DNA of 64,000 nucleotides. Origin: Candidatus Andersenbacteria bacterium RIFCSPHIGHO2_02_FULL_46_16 (GTDB lineage: Bacteria; Patescibacteriota; Andersenbacteria; UBA10190). Position numbers and translations under genes: made by a program. Below the pieces are notes generated by a model, which saw nothing but the letters and a program-made list of their open reading frames with translations, was not told the origin of the DNA and searched no databases. The stretch spans positions 4,049-68,048 of the forward strand of contig MHHQ01000029.1 in NCBI GenBank assembly GCA_001817065.1, in the 5' to 3' direction. Shown here in pieces: positions 1 through 10,246 of the stretch; the first letter of the stretch is position 1, and the number at the start of each line of letters is the position of its first letter.

Positions 1-50
1 TCTTCGTTCTTCCTTGTTTCTTCTTCAATATTAGCTATATATTCTTTCAT
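1..50 (-). CDS. 5' end of probable cupin-domain protein, runs off the window
   Basis: Manual translation from ATG at 50: MKEYIANIEEETRKNE, resembling the N-terminus of small cupin proteins; only 16 codons visible. Confidence 0.45.
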   Translation of the reverse strand, partial: MKEYIANIEEETRKNE

Positions 51-85
51 AAAAAATGTTCATTAATTATCTACTGCCAACCCTA

Positions 86-1183
86 TTAACTAGTTTGCCT
101 CCATTGACGCCATACGCCAGTCGCTCTTTCCACCAACGCTTGCCATTTCGCTCGTGCCACATAGGGCAAAAACAGCAGGTACTGCCAAATATGTCTCAAT
201 ATATATTTCTGCACCAGTGAATGATCTAGCACCGAGCAATATTGCAGACAATCATTGCATGGATAAGGTATCTTTCCCGCCAGCCACTGTTGCCGCAATC
301 CCTTAACTTTTTCTCCTTGCCAAATCTCCTTAAAACTCTTTTCGTTAATATTTCCTACCATTAGATCAAAATTAGTGTCTCTCGCCCAGCACATCCCCAC
401 TTCACCCGACGGACCAACTACCAAACCGTTATAGAACTGCGCGCACGGCCAAGTATTATTCTTTTTCTTTTTAAACTTCTGCCCTTTCGGCAAATCCTCC
501 TGGGTGACCATCCCAGACCAGTTATCATAATCGTCATTCAAAACATTAATCTTGCTCGTATACCTTAGCATCTTTTGATAGTAAGGACTCTTCGCTAAAT
601 CAAATCCCTTGTCATGTCGCAGCCAAATACTAACATTCAAAGGATTATCTAACTTTTGGTTAGCTTCCAGTAACGTTAAAATATTTTTCATCGCTTGGTC
701 GAAACGATCCACCCCGTATATCCGTTTATAATCCTCCCGCCCCTGCAAACAAGTTGATATCATTAACTGGGTTAATCCGCTATTTACTATATCATCTGCT
801 TTCTCATAATTCGCCCCGATCATATTGGAAAACGTATAGATAACCTTGAAATAGTTGAGCGACTTCGCATATTTAACCTTTTCCAAAAATCCCGGATCAA
901 CAAAAGGGTCACCGATGATCGGGGTAAACTTTAACTCCCGGCACCCAATCTCCATAATTTGCGCCAATGTTTTCTTGTACTGCTCAAAATTCATTATCTT
1001 TCTCTCTCGCTTGCAGTCTTTATTGGCACAAAAAGAACATAATGCATTACATGCATTAGTCGGTTCAACACATACTCTCAGCGGCTCCTTCTCCAGCTCT
1101 TCTAATAATTTAGGCAATTTCTTTCTAATTGATTCGTCAAACATAGTCATACCAACATAATCCAAACCAAAAATTCTTACCAC
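86..1183 (-). CDS. Radical SAM protein with SPASM/twitch domain
   Basis: CNALCSFC (CxxxCxxC); C-terminal PC...GEVGMC...GNI...EIW...CNDC. Confidence 0.9.
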   Translation of the reverse strand: MVRIFGLDYVGMTMFDESIRKKLPKLLEELEKEPLRVCVEPTNACNALCSFCANKDCKRERKIMNFEQYKKTLAQIMEIGCRELKFTPIIGDPFVDPGFLEKVKYAKSLNYFKVIYTFSNMIGANYEKADDIVNSGLTQLMISTCLQGREDYKRIYGVDRFDQAMKNILTLLEANQKLDNPLNVSIWLRHDKGFDLAKSPYYQKMLRYTSKINVLNDDYDNWSGMVTQEDLPKGQKFKKKKNNTWPCAQFYNGLVVGPSGEVGMCWARDTNFDLMVGNINEKSFKEIWQGEKVKGLRQQWLAGKIPYPCNDCLQYCSVLDHSLVQKYILRHIWQYLLFLPYVARAKWQALVERATGVWRQWRQTS

Positions 1184-1272
1184 TCTACTTTCTCCTTTTC
1201 TTCGGCTTCACCAATATTGCCTTCACTAACCTAAGACTCCTTAAGGCTTACCGATGTTTTCATCTCATACCC

Positions 1273-1695
1273 TTATCGGATCGTCATCAAAATCGCACCC
1301 ACCGTGATTAAGCCAGCCCCCATCGCCGTCTTCCAAGTCAGCTGTTCCGCTAGAAAAAGCACCGCGAACACCAACACGAACACTACGCTCAGCCGATCTA
1401 CCGCTACTACTCCCGACGCTGGACCTGTCCGCAACGCCACAAAATACATCAGCCACGACAACGCTCCCGCTATCCCTGACAAAGTAATAAATAGCAACGC
1501 TTTATTATCAATGGAGGATAAATACTTCACCTTGCCCAGCATTAATGCTGTGATCAGCAAAAATCCCGCCATAATGACCGATCGCACGGTTGTCGCCAAG
1601 GTTGAATCGATGTCCTTGATCCCCACCTTACCAAAAATGGCCACTAATCCCGCAAAGGCCGCTGACAAAAGCGCATAAATGATCCATCCTGCCAT
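1273..1695 (-). CDS. EamA family transporter (single domain)
   Basis: 140 aa hydrophobic; ALLSAAFAGLVAIFGKVG, IDSTLATTVR, VDRLSVV motifs. Confidence 0.9.
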   Translation of the reverse strand: MAGWIIYALLSAAFAGLVAIFGKVGIKDIDSTLATTVRSVIMAGFLLITALMLGKVKYLSSIDNKALLFITLSGIAGALSWLMYFVALRTGPASGVVAVDRLSVVFVLVFAVLFLAEQLTWKTAMGAGLITVGAILMTIR

Positions 1696-1830
1696 ATTTA
1701 CAGTATAAAATAAATCAACTAATTATCTAAATTTCTCATACTCCTTAAAAAGCTCCGGCCTATCGTCCTCCCTCTTCACCCCGCCTAGCTCTACTACTGA
1801 CTTATTAGCAATCACGGTACTATACACACC

Positions 1831-2412
1831 ATGCCATATCTATCATCTTTAAACGCCTCTCTTCTTGTTTCGTTTGGTTATGGTCTGTTCTTTCCAGCCG
1901 TCATCATCGAGGGACCAATCGCTACTCTTATTACTGGCCTATTAGTTGCTAATGGACAGTTAAATTTTTTAGTTAGCTATCTAATAATTATCTCCGCGGA
2001 CACGGCAGCTGACCTAACGTATTATGCCATCGGTGCCTTCGGTGAAGCAGGCATTGCCCAGCATATTAAAACACGGCTCGGCCTTACTCCTGATCGACTC
2101 TCAAGCCTTAAAAATCTATTTTATCGGCACAGCGCTAAGACTTTCCTGACCGGAAAAATATTGCATGGACCCGGAGTGTTTATCCTTATCGCCGCCGGTG
2201 CCGCCCATGTCTCTTTGTTGCGTTTCTTCCTCTACAATTTTTTCATTACACTAATAAAATCCTTGCTTTTATTGCTCGCCGGTTATTATTTCGGTCAAGC
2301 CCTTGGCTTCCTGCAACGCTGGCTGGATCTATCCTCTCTACTTGCTAGCGGAATTGTTATAATAGTCATTGTCACTATATTAATCTGCCGTCACCGACAC
2401 AAAAAAATATGA
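1831..2412 (+). CDS. DedA/VTT family membrane protein
   Basis: IIEGP, ADLTYYAIG, AGAAHVSLLRFFLYN motifs; ATGA overlap with next gene. Confidence 0.85.
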   Translation: MPYLSSLNASLLVSFGYGLFFPAVIIEGPIATLITGLLVANGQLNFLVSYLIIISADTAADLTYYAIGAFGEAGIAQHIKTRLGLTPDRLSSLKNLFYRHSAKTFLTGKILHGPGVFILIAAGAAHVSLLRFFLYNFFITLIKSLLLLLAGYYFGQALGFLQRWLDLSSLLASGIVIIVIVTILICRHRHKKI

Positions 2413-3584
2413 GAGTTCTAATCGTAACCGACACGTACCCGCCGCACGTTAATGGCGCCGCTTATTTCACGTATCGTTTAGCCCAACGCCTGACCGAGCA
2501 CTCTCACCAAGTCGAGGTCATTGCCCCTTCCCGATCAGGTCGCCAAGAAAAATACTTACAGGACAAAGTCACCACGCTCGGCATACGTTCAGTTCCTTTG
2601 TATATCAATAATATGCGCATCGCCATGCCACGACTCGATCAAAGGACTATTACCTCAGCCATTCGCCAATTCCAGCCAGACATCATTCACGCCCAAGGCC
2701 ATTTTTGGCTTTCCCGGGCAGTCGTTCGTCAAGCAAAAAAATCCCATATTCCCATCGTGGGAACAAACCATTTCATGCCAGATAACCTCACTCACTACCT
2801 ACACCTTCCCCCGACCGTAGTGGCACGCCTCAACGCCAAATTGTGGCAACAATGCATCGCCTACTTTCTTTCATTAGACGCAGTCACCACGCCTACCCAA
2901 ACAGCTGCTAATCTCCTTACTGAACACGGTTTTACCAAACCCGTCCAAGTTATTTCCAACGGCATTGATTTGGAAAAATTTAATCCTAACTACGATACCC
3001 AAGCCCTTAGAAAAAAATACCGTCTGCCCAAGTTGCCCATTGTCTTAACAGTCGGCCGTCTTGATAAAGAAAAAAATATCGACACAATCCTTCACGCCCA
3101 AGCACAAGTGCTTCCTATCCACCCCCTACATCTAATTGTCGCTGGCTCTAAAAATGGCAGCGCTACTCATCATTTACATCAACTTGCTCAGCAATTAAAA
3201 CTCGACCAGTTCGTCACTTTTACCGGTTTTGTTCCCGCTCAAGATCTGCCCGCCTTATACTGCTCGGCCCAAATATTCGTCATAGCCAGTACCGCTGAAC
3301 TGCAAAGCATCGCCACTATGGAGGCAATGGCCTGCAGTCTTCCCATTGTCGCTGCCAATGCAGTAGCTCTTCCCGAGCTAGTTATTGATAACGAAAACGG
3401 CTTGTTATTTTCACCCCATGACCACGAGCAGTTAGCCCGCCATCTGCTTCGCCTGCTAATTGATAAACCCCTGCTGCAAAACATGGGCCAAGCTAGTCAT
3501 CAACGTATTCAAAACCACGCCATTGATACTGCCATTCAACAATTCATTGATCTATATACAAATCTCAGTAAAAAGCCATCGTAA
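2409..3584 (+). CDS. GT4 glycosyltransferase (diacylglycerol glucosyltransferase-like)
   Basis: TDTYPPHVNG, VGRLDKEKN, ELQSIATMEAMA. Confidence 0.9.
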   Translation: MRVLIVTDTYPPHVNGAAYFTYRLAQRLTEHSHQVEVIAPSRSGRQEKYLQDKVTTLGIRSVPLYINNMRIAMPRLDQRTITSAIRQFQPDIIHAQGHFWLSRAVVRQAKKSHIPIVGTNHFMPDNLTHYLHLPPTVVARLNAKLWQQCIAYFLSLDAVTTPTQTAANLLTEHGFTKPVQVISNGIDLEKFNPNYDTQALRKKYRLPKLPIVLTVGRLDKEKNIDTILHAQAQVLPIHPLHLIVAGSKNGSATHHLHQLAQQLKLDQFVTFTGFVPAQDLPALYCSAQIFVIASTAELQSIATMEAMACSLPIVAANAVALPELVIDNENGLLFSPHDHEQLARHLLRLLIDKPLLQNMGQASHQRIQNHAIDTAIQQFIDLYTNLSKKPS

Positions 3585-3631
3585 TCGCCAAACACCTTGC
3601 CCTCAGACAAACCAGAGGCAACTACTTTTTC

Positions 3632-5848
3632 CTATTTTTTTACCTTATAGACCATCGCTTCCTCTTCGGTGTATCCGCTACTAAACTTTTCCATAAACTC
3701 AAAATCATCCGGGTGCCGTTCTATAATATCAAACACCGGTTGAGCAGTTGTCTCGATGATATAAATAATATTAAATGCCTTCAGCCAGCCGTAAATTTCC
3801 TCATCTGTTAAATCCTCCATATTCTCTGCCCATTCAATCGGGAAAATTCTGGTCCGCTCCAATGTTAAATACACTCGCGCCGGCAAATCACTTTCCTCCA
3901 CAACAGCCACATTTCCCGGCAAATCTAATAAGTATTTACTTGCTTGTATTATAACCGTGTGGTTGCCAGATTTTTCATTAAAGCCGCTTATCGTCCCCGG
4001 CATCGCCCGCGCACTGTCCAAATATATCAACATAGAGAAAACCCCAACCAATAAAACTGTGCCGACTCTGCTGACATAAGAACGCCGCCAATCGCCGATA
4101 ATCCAGAGGCCAAATATAACCCCCGCGCACAAGAAAGGAATAAGTTGCAAATAATATCTCGATTTCGGCAATATCATGGTTATCACCAATACTTGGCCAA
4201 TCAGCATCAGGCCCACAGGTATACTAAATTTCGGTTTAATCACGAGGGTTGCTCCCCAGCCAATCCCCGTCAGTGCTGTCAAAACCATTGTCAGATATTT
4301 GTAGCTCTCCCGCGAACTTTCTATCAATACAACTATTAAAATCAGCAACAAAATATAAGGCATAAATCTCACCAGTCTGCCATAGAACCGGAATTGATTC
4401 CGGTGTAAAAAACCCAAGATTAATCCAATCGAAAGACCCCCCGCCAGCCACCACAACTGTTCCCCCACTGCCTCCACCAAAATCCAATTTCTTCCTAAAA
4501 ACAATTCCAAACCCTTCAAGTTCCCTACAAAATCGCCCCAAGAATAAGCCAATTTCAATCCTCCATCACCCGCAATATCCGACATGGTTCGCATACCAGT
4601 TTCCCCCGTTATCGGCCAGAAGACAAAAGGAATAGCCACTAATGCTAACGCCGGCCAACCGGTATAAATAATTGTTTTAATATTTAATCGATGCCAAATC
4701 CACACGGCCGGCAGCAGCACTGCCGCCACCGCCCCTCCCTCCCAGCGCGTTAAAGTTGTTAGTCCCACCAATACCCCAACTAAATATCTGCCATATTTTT
4801 TGCGTTGTAACATAAAAGCATACACTGCTCCCAAAATTAGCGCGGCATACAACGTATTTGCCAAACCATGTACCGACTCCCACCAAAAATTCCTATTAAC
4901 AGCCAGCAACAATCCCGCCCCAATGGCCAGTTGCCGCGGTACCTGCAAAAACATTAACAATCGAGGTAGCATCACCACTGCTCCCACCCCCGCTATGATA
5001 CTAATAATTCTGCCCCACACGATCGGATCAATCACCCCTAGCCATGCTGGTAATAATAATAAGGGTAAAAACGGCGCCTTTCTTCTAAATTCCTCCGCAA
5101 ATGGATTAGCTCCATCAAGCCAAGCCCGGCTTTGAATTAAATAGTTAAAAGCATCTCCGCCAAAAACACTTTCCACCTGCACTGCTGTCCGCAGTCTCAC
5201 TAGCAATGCAATTATGGCCAATCCGATTATAAGCCAAGTAGTGACGCTCAATCTAAATATATTTCTTTGGCTGCTAGCCAAACTTAAAATAAACGCCACC
5301 AAACTTCCGCCCGCGACAACCAGCATCACCCTAAATGATCTCTCCTGATGATCCTTCGTCCAAATCACTATTCTCTGCGCTACTGTCACCTTCTCCACCA
5401 ATCCCAGCGCTACCCGGCCGCTTTCCTTTTCAAAACGCAGTCCCATCGGATTCTTCACTTGCGCCTGCGGTGCCTTAAATTCAATTACCACCTCGCCGCG
5501 GCGATCCACTCCATCAGACAACGCAGTCCAGACAAAACTATCATCCGCCGCCTGTTCTAAAATAATTTCTCCCCGAGACATCACTTCTCCATCTAACGTC
5601 TTCACTGTCACTGCCACCGGTTTCATGTTTTGGGAGCGACGAAAATCTACTACGATTGCTCCAATACCCACCAACTCATGCTCTATTTGTACTACTTGCT
5701 TTTGTGTCCTATCTCCATACAAAACATAATGCGCCTCATAAACATCCGTTCCTTCGCTCACTATCCGATAATATTTCACCGGCATCAATAATAAAAGAAT
5801 AGCCCCACAGCCTATTCCTAGCCCTATCAACCATTTTATCCATTTCAT
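3632..5848 (-). CDS. Multi-pass GT-C (ArnT/PMT-like) glycosyltransferase
   Basis: Many TM segments; GGDAFNY loop, LTRWEG, SRYYLQLIP. Confidence 0.65.
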   Translation of the reverse strand: MKWIKWLIGLGIGCGAILLLLMPVKYYRIVSEGTDVYEAHYVLYGDRTQKQVVQIEHELVGIGAIVVDFRRSQNMKPVAVTVKTLDGEVMSRGEIILEQAADDSFVWTALSDGVDRRGEVVIEFKAPQAQVKNPMGLRFEKESGRVALGLVEKVTVAQRIVIWTKDHQERSFRVMLVVAGGSLVAFILSLASSQRNIFRLSVTTWLIIGLAIIALLVRLRTAVQVESVFGGDAFNYLIQSRAWLDGANPFAEEFRRKAPFLPLLLLPAWLGVIDPIVWGRIISIIAGVGAVVMLPRLLMFLQVPRQLAIGAGLLLAVNRNFWWESVHGLANTLYAALILGAVYAFMLQRKKYGRYLVGVLVGLTTLTRWEGGAVAAVLLPAVWIWHRLNIKTIIYTGWPALALVAIPFVFWPITGETGMRTMSDIAGDGGLKLAYSWGDFVGNLKGLELFLGRNWILVEAVGEQLWWLAGGLSIGLILGFLHRNQFRFYGRLVRFMPYILLLILIVVLIESSRESYKYLTMVLTALTGIGWGATLVIKPKFSIPVGLMLIGQVLVITMILPKSRYYLQLIPFLCAGVIFGLWIIGDWRRSYVSRVGTVLLVGVFSMLIYLDSARAMPGTISGFNEKSGNHTVIIQASKYLLDLPGNVAVVEESDLPARVYLTLERTRIFPIEWAENMEDLTDEEIYGWLKAFNIIYIIETTAQPVFDIIERHPDDFEFMEKFSSGYTEEEAMVYKVKK

Positions 5849-6107
5849 GTCTTTACCTTAGCAAAGGTGATAAATTTTCACGACCCCTAATTCGCAGACA
5901 TAAAAACATCCACTCGCCGCTTCCCCCTTTACTTCACCTCACATTATTTGTCACCCTTGAATAATTAACCACCAGACGCCAAACTATCTTCCCACCACGT
6001 AAGTTAACTTCCTGTCCCCTCCCCACGCCCATCCACCACATTACGATATTACATAATATCGTAATAAAATATTTGCACCTCGTCCCAGCATTTTCACGCC
6101 ATTAATT

Positions 6108-6132
6108 AAAAAAGGCAGTCATCCTGACTGCT
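6108..6132 (-). terminator. Intrinsic terminator
   Basis: GCAGTCA-tcc-TGACTGC hairpin with A6 on + (U-tract on -). Confidence 0.55.
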
Positions 6133-6211
6133 AAGACCGCCATAAACTACTTCACTCGAAACAGCATCCATTATGCCTTACCTTTCACGCTAGCCTATTT
6201 ATGTTATTAAG

Positions 6212-6234
6212 AAAAAAGGATCAATAACTGATCC
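6212..6234 (-). terminator. Intrinsic terminator downstream of the 6273 ORF
   Basis: GGATCA-ataac-TGATCC with A6 on +. Confidence 0.55.
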
Positions 6235-6272
6235 CAAGCGATACGTCACTAGACCACCTGCTTGTACTCACA

Positions 6273-6473
6273 CTATTCGTCTTCGTGTCCCATTACCTTG
6301 CCTGCAACCGCACTCCAGTTCTCCAATTCTTGAGCGACAATTGCGTCCGATAATTCCAGTTCATCCTCCCGTGCTATTTCTTCTCGTACCTCTGCAAGCA
6401 TCGTTGACTTCTTTGCCCCCCGCAGCAGTTCATCAACCGTCACATATTTCACAACTTTTTTCTTGTCACTCAC
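6273..6473 (-). CDS. Small acidic hypothetical protein
   Basis: Within ORF 6273..6521; GGAGG lies just upstream of GTG at 6473; followed by terminator. Confidence 0.5.
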   Translation of the reverse strand: MSDKKKVVKYVTVDELLRGAKKSTMLAEVREEIAREDELELSDAIVAQELENWSAVAGKVMGHEDE

Positions 6474-6602
6474 GAGAACCCCTCCAACATAATGTGGAAA
6501 CATCACAAAACAACTCGACACAATTCATATCGTACTCCCGCTCCAAGCGTTCATCAAATATATGTTTCTGATTCTATAATTTAGTATCATGTATTTGTTT
6601 CA

Positions 6603-6651
6603 CCTGCCTGTCGTAGGTAGGCCTGCCCACAGAAGCTTCAGCAAAGAAGGG
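6603..6651 (+). repeat. Two adjacent CCTG-type palindromic modules (19 nt + 30 nt)
   Basis: CCTGCCTGTCGTAGGTAGG then CCTGCCCACAGAAGCTTCAGCAAAGAAGGG; same families as modules at 18740-18930 and 42016-42075. Confidence 0.7.
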
Positions 6652-6683
6652 AATTTCTGCAATTCTAATTTCGTATTAGAATC

Positions 6684-6740
6684 TTTTGGCATTTGGATTT
6701 TGTGATTGATTTGTCATTTGGTTTTTGGCATTTGGATTTT
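6684..6740. repeat. Degenerate ~7-nt T-rich tandem repeat
   Basis: TTTTGGCATTTGGATTTT occurs twice, with related TTTGTCA/TTTGGTT units between. Confidence 0.55.
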
Positions 6741-6786
6741 AAAGGTCTATTTTTTATCTTTGGTTATGTTATATGGATTTATAAGT

Positions 6787-8598
6787 TTATGTTCTCTTCT
6801 TCGCTCTCTTTCTCTCGTTTTTAGTCAGATACATTTTTCTCAGCCGTAAGCTCTTTGGTGTCACTTCCAGCAACTCATCGTCCCCGAGATATTCAACAGC
6901 TTCTTCCAAACTCAGGTCCCGTGGTGAATGTAATCCTTCTGCCGCCCCGTCTCCCACTGCCCTCATATTAGAAAGTTTCTTTTCTTTACACACATTCACA
7001 TCGATATCCGTCGCCCGAGAATTTTGTCCCACAATCATACCTTCATACACTTTCACTCCCGGCTTAATAAACATAACCCCACGGCCTTGCGCTGCCACCA
7101 AACCATAGTGCGTGCTCACTCCTGCTTCATGCGCCACTAATGACCCGTGTTGCTGTATTTCAATGTCTCCCAGATAAGCCAAATATCCCTTAAACAATGT
7201 ATTGATGATACCCTCACCACGCGTATCCGTCAGGAACTCAGAGCGGTACCCGATCAAACCTCGTGTCGTTAACAAAAAATGCATCTTCGCTAAACCTTTT
7301 TCTACTTTCATGTCTTTCATCTCGCCCTTCCGTTTACCCATCTTTTCTATTACTGTCCCAGCCATCTTGTCCGGACACTCTATAAATACATCCTCGAACG
7401 GTTCCAGCTTTTTCCCATTCTCTTCCTTGAAAATAACTTGCGGCTTCCCCACTTCAAACTCATAGCCTTCGCGTAACATCTTCTCAATCAAAATTGCCAC
7501 GTGCAGTTCGCCCCGACCAAACACCGTGAATGAGGCATCTGACGCACTGTTTGCTTTCACCTTTAACGCCACATCCGCCAACACCTCACGCATCAATCGT
7601 GCCTTCAAATGCCTGGACGTCGAAAATTCCCCTTCCGTCCCGGATAAAGGAGAAGTGTTGACCGCAAAACTCATCTTCACTGTCGGTTCATCAATCATAA
7701 TGACCGGCAATTGCTGAGGATTTTCTGCATCAGCAATTGTCTCACCAATTTTTACCGACTCGATACCCGCGACCGCCACGATATCACCTGGCAAAGCATT
7801 ATCCGTCTCCACCCTACTCAGTCCATCAAAGGTCATGACACTCGTCAGTTTCGCCGGTTTAATCGTGCCTTCAGCCTCAATCCGCGCTACACTCTGGCCC
7901 TTCTTTAAACTGCCGCTAACCAGTGGGCCAATCGCAATTTGTCCTTTATACGAATCATATGCCACATTCACTACCAGCATCTGCATTGGACCTTCGCCAA
8001 TGTGCGGCGCTGGGATATATTCAATAATTGCATCAAACAGCGGCGCGACGCTTTCCATCTTATCCAAAGCCGGCTCGGTCCCAGCCTTGCCTTGTATGGC
8101 TGAAGCGTAAAGAACCGGAAAATCTGCCTGTTCATCTGTTGCTCCCAGATCCACAAATAATCCAAACGTTTGGTCCAACACCCATTCAACCCTGGCTTGC
8201 GGCACATCAATTTTATTAATAATAACTATCACCTTATGGCTTTTTTCCAGCGCTTTTTTTAACACAAACTTCGTCTGCGGCATCGGACCATCTTTCGCGT
8301 CTACCAATAGCAGCACACCATTGGCCATTGTCATAATTCGCTCGACTTCGCCTCCAAAATCAGCGTGGCCAGGCGTGTCAATGATATTAATTTTGCAGCC
8401 CTTGTACTGCACCGAAGCATTCTTGGAAAAAATTGTTATCCCGCGCTCCCGCTCCAGCTCATTCGAATCCATAATTAAATTTGTTCCATCGTCTTTTATG
8501 CGAAAGGATTCCGATTGACGCAGTAGTGCATCAACTAAAGTTGTTTTGCCATGGTCAACGTGAGCGATAATGGCAACATTCCTAATGTTAGGCTGCAT
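6787..8598 (-). CDS. typA: Translational GTPase TypA/BipA
   Basis: AHVDHGKTT, RGITI, DTPGHADFGGEVER, GRGELH, LEVTPKSLRLRK. Confidence 0.98.
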   Translation of the reverse strand: MQPNIRNVAIIAHVDHGKTTLVDALLRQSESFRIKDDGTNLIMDSNELERERGITIFSKNASVQYKGCKINIIDTPGHADFGGEVERIMTMANGVLLLVDAKDGPMPQTKFVLKKALEKSHKVIVIINKIDVPQARVEWVLDQTFGLFVDLGATDEQADFPVLYASAIQGKAGTEPALDKMESVAPLFDAIIEYIPAPHIGEGPMQMLVVNVAYDSYKGQIAIGPLVSGSLKKGQSVARIEAEGTIKPAKLTSVMTFDGLSRVETDNALPGDIVAVAGIESVKIGETIADAENPQQLPVIMIDEPTVKMSFAVNTSPLSGTEGEFSTSRHLKARLMREVLADVALKVKANSASDASFTVFGRGELHVAILIEKMLREGYEFEVGKPQVIFKEENGKKLEPFEDVFIECPDKMAGTVIEKMGKRKGEMKDMKVEKGLAKMHFLLTTRGLIGYRSEFLTDTRGEGIINTLFKGYLAYLGDIEIQQHGSLVAHEAGVSTHYGLVAAQGRGVMFIKPGVKVYEGMIVGQNSRATDIDVNVCKEKKLSNMRAVGDGAAEGLHSPRDLSLEEAVEYLGDDELLEVTPKSLRLRKMYLTKNERKRAKKRT

Positions 8599-8608
8599 AG
8601 TTTTGTCT

Positions 8609-10027
8609 TTAGGTATGAATACGCGCCAAATTATTTTGTCTCTTAGCCTGAGGCTTACTCGGTTTTACATAAGATGCATCCACTGACTTAACTGCTTGGC
8701 CTTGCCCCTGCGGTTTGTATCCGTGACCGCTATGCCTAGCTGGACGGTTATTTGACCATTTGCTCCCTTGGCGAGCTGCCCCACCTGACTGTCGCGGTCG
8801 TGCCCAACGTTCCGGTTTTGCCATAGCACCCCGGCTAAATCGGCCAGACTGCAGATTTGCACGCCACGGTTCATGCGGCAAAGTCCGATGCGCCGGCAAT
8901 TCTGGCAGCGGTGAAACTCTCAGCTGTTGACGGACTAAACGTTCTATCATCCGTACCTTCCCTTGCTGATCCGGCATAATAAAGGAAATAGCCCGTCCAA
9001 CTTTACCTGCTCGGCCGGTCCGTCCCACCCGATGCACATAATCATCCGGGCTGTCCGGTAAATCATAGTTCACCACTAACTCAATATTACTAACGTCTAT
9101 GCCGCGCGCGGCGATATCTGTTGCTACTAGCACCCGGTATCTACCTGATTTAAAACCTTCCATTGATTTCCGTCGCTGTCCCAGCGAAAGATTAGAATGA
9201 ATTTCTGCCACGCTATATTTCATATAATCCAAAGCGCGGCATAGCTTTCTTGCCCCGTGCTTAGTTCGAGAAAAGACCAATACTGTTCCCTTATATTCAT
9301 TAAGTAACTTTTCCAATAAACGAATTTTATCGTCTTTGCGAACCACAAAGAGCTCTTGATCAACTTGGGCTGCTACGGTTCCCGACCGCGCAATCTCAAT
9401 CCTGACCGGCAATTTCATGTGCTGAGCAGCAATCTTCACAATCTCCGGTGGCATCGTGGCGGAAAATAGCATCGTTTGTCGCTCCTTAGGAATCCGTTCT
9501 AAAATTTGCTTAATTTGTGGCGCAAAACCCATGTCCAACATTCGATCCGCTTCGTCCAGCACCAATACACCAACCCTGCTCAAACTTAGCCGTTTAGTTT
9601 GCAGATGATCAATCATCCGCCCTGGAGTCGCAATAATCACGTGCGGATTACGTCGGATCTGATCGACCTGTCGTGCCATCGATCCACCGCCAATTAAAAG
9701 TGTGTGCCGCAAACCGAGGCTTCTGCCTACCGCTAAGAACTGTTCCTCCACCTGGATCGCCAGTTCCCTCGTTGGAACAAGAATTAAGCCTTGCTTCTTC
9801 AGCTGGGAAATTTGTTGCAGCATCGGCAAAGCAAATGCCAATGTCTTGCCTGTCCCAGTTTGGGCAATGCCAATTACGTCCTTCCCCATTGTTGCTATCG
9901 GAATAGCCTTCAACTGAATTGGTGTAGGAGTATTAAATTTTAATCCGGCTAAGACTTTTAATAGTTTTGGAGAAACCCCCAAATCTTCAAAGGTAACGCC
10001 CTGCACTGAGAGTTTTGTTTCAGACAT
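8609..10027 (-). CDS. DEAD-box RNA helicase (RhlE-like) with basic C-terminal tail
   Basis: AQTGTGKT, PTRELA, TPGR, DEAD, SAT, HRVGRTGR. Confidence 0.96.
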   Translation of the reverse strand: MSETKLSVQGVTFEDLGVSPKLLKVLAGLKFNTPTPIQLKAIPIATMGKDVIGIAQTGTGKTLAFALPMLQQISQLKKQGLILVPTRELAIQVEEQFLAVGRSLGLRHTLLIGGGSMARQVDQIRRNPHVIIATPGRMIDHLQTKRLSLSRVGVLVLDEADRMLDMGFAPQIKQILERIPKERQTMLFSATMPPEIVKIAAQHMKLPVRIEIARSGTVAAQVDQELFVVRKDDKIRLLEKLLNEYKGTVLVFSRTKHGARKLCRALDYMKYSVAEIHSNLSLGQRRKSMEGFKSGRYRVLVATDIAARGIDVSNIELVVNYDLPDSPDDYVHRVGRTGRAGKVGRAISFIMPDQQGKVRMIERLVRQQLRVSPLPELPAHRTLPHEPWRANLQSGRFSRGAMAKPERWARPRQSGGAARQGSKWSNNRPARHSGHGYKPQGQGQAVKSVDASYVKPSKPQAKRQNNLARIHT

Positions 10028-10128
10028 ATAATATATTTACATGACCCGGTTGCTGTTAGGTCACGTTATATGCCCAATGCTCGAGTCCATTACCTCACGC
10101 TAAATGCGTAAATCAAAGTAATTCCGTT

Positions 10129-10157
10129 ATCCTAATACAAATACAGATTGATGTCAA
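10129..10157 (-). promoter_or_regulatory. Sigma70-type promoter for the helicase-typA operon
   Basis: TTGACA-17nt-TAGGAT on - strand, about 100 nt before ATG. Confidence 0.55.
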
Positions 10158-10246
10158 GACACAATTTTAAAATCGGTATTAATAACCAAGTGACAGCCAG
10201 ATAAACCCCTACCCGTTACCCCCCAATTATTAACTAACGAGTCTAA

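Noticed and set aside
1184-1270. RiPP precursor peptide for the radical SAM/SPASM enzyme
   Set aside because: Only a 10-codon ORF with no RBS or Cys/Trp motif, and no transporter or peptidase nearby
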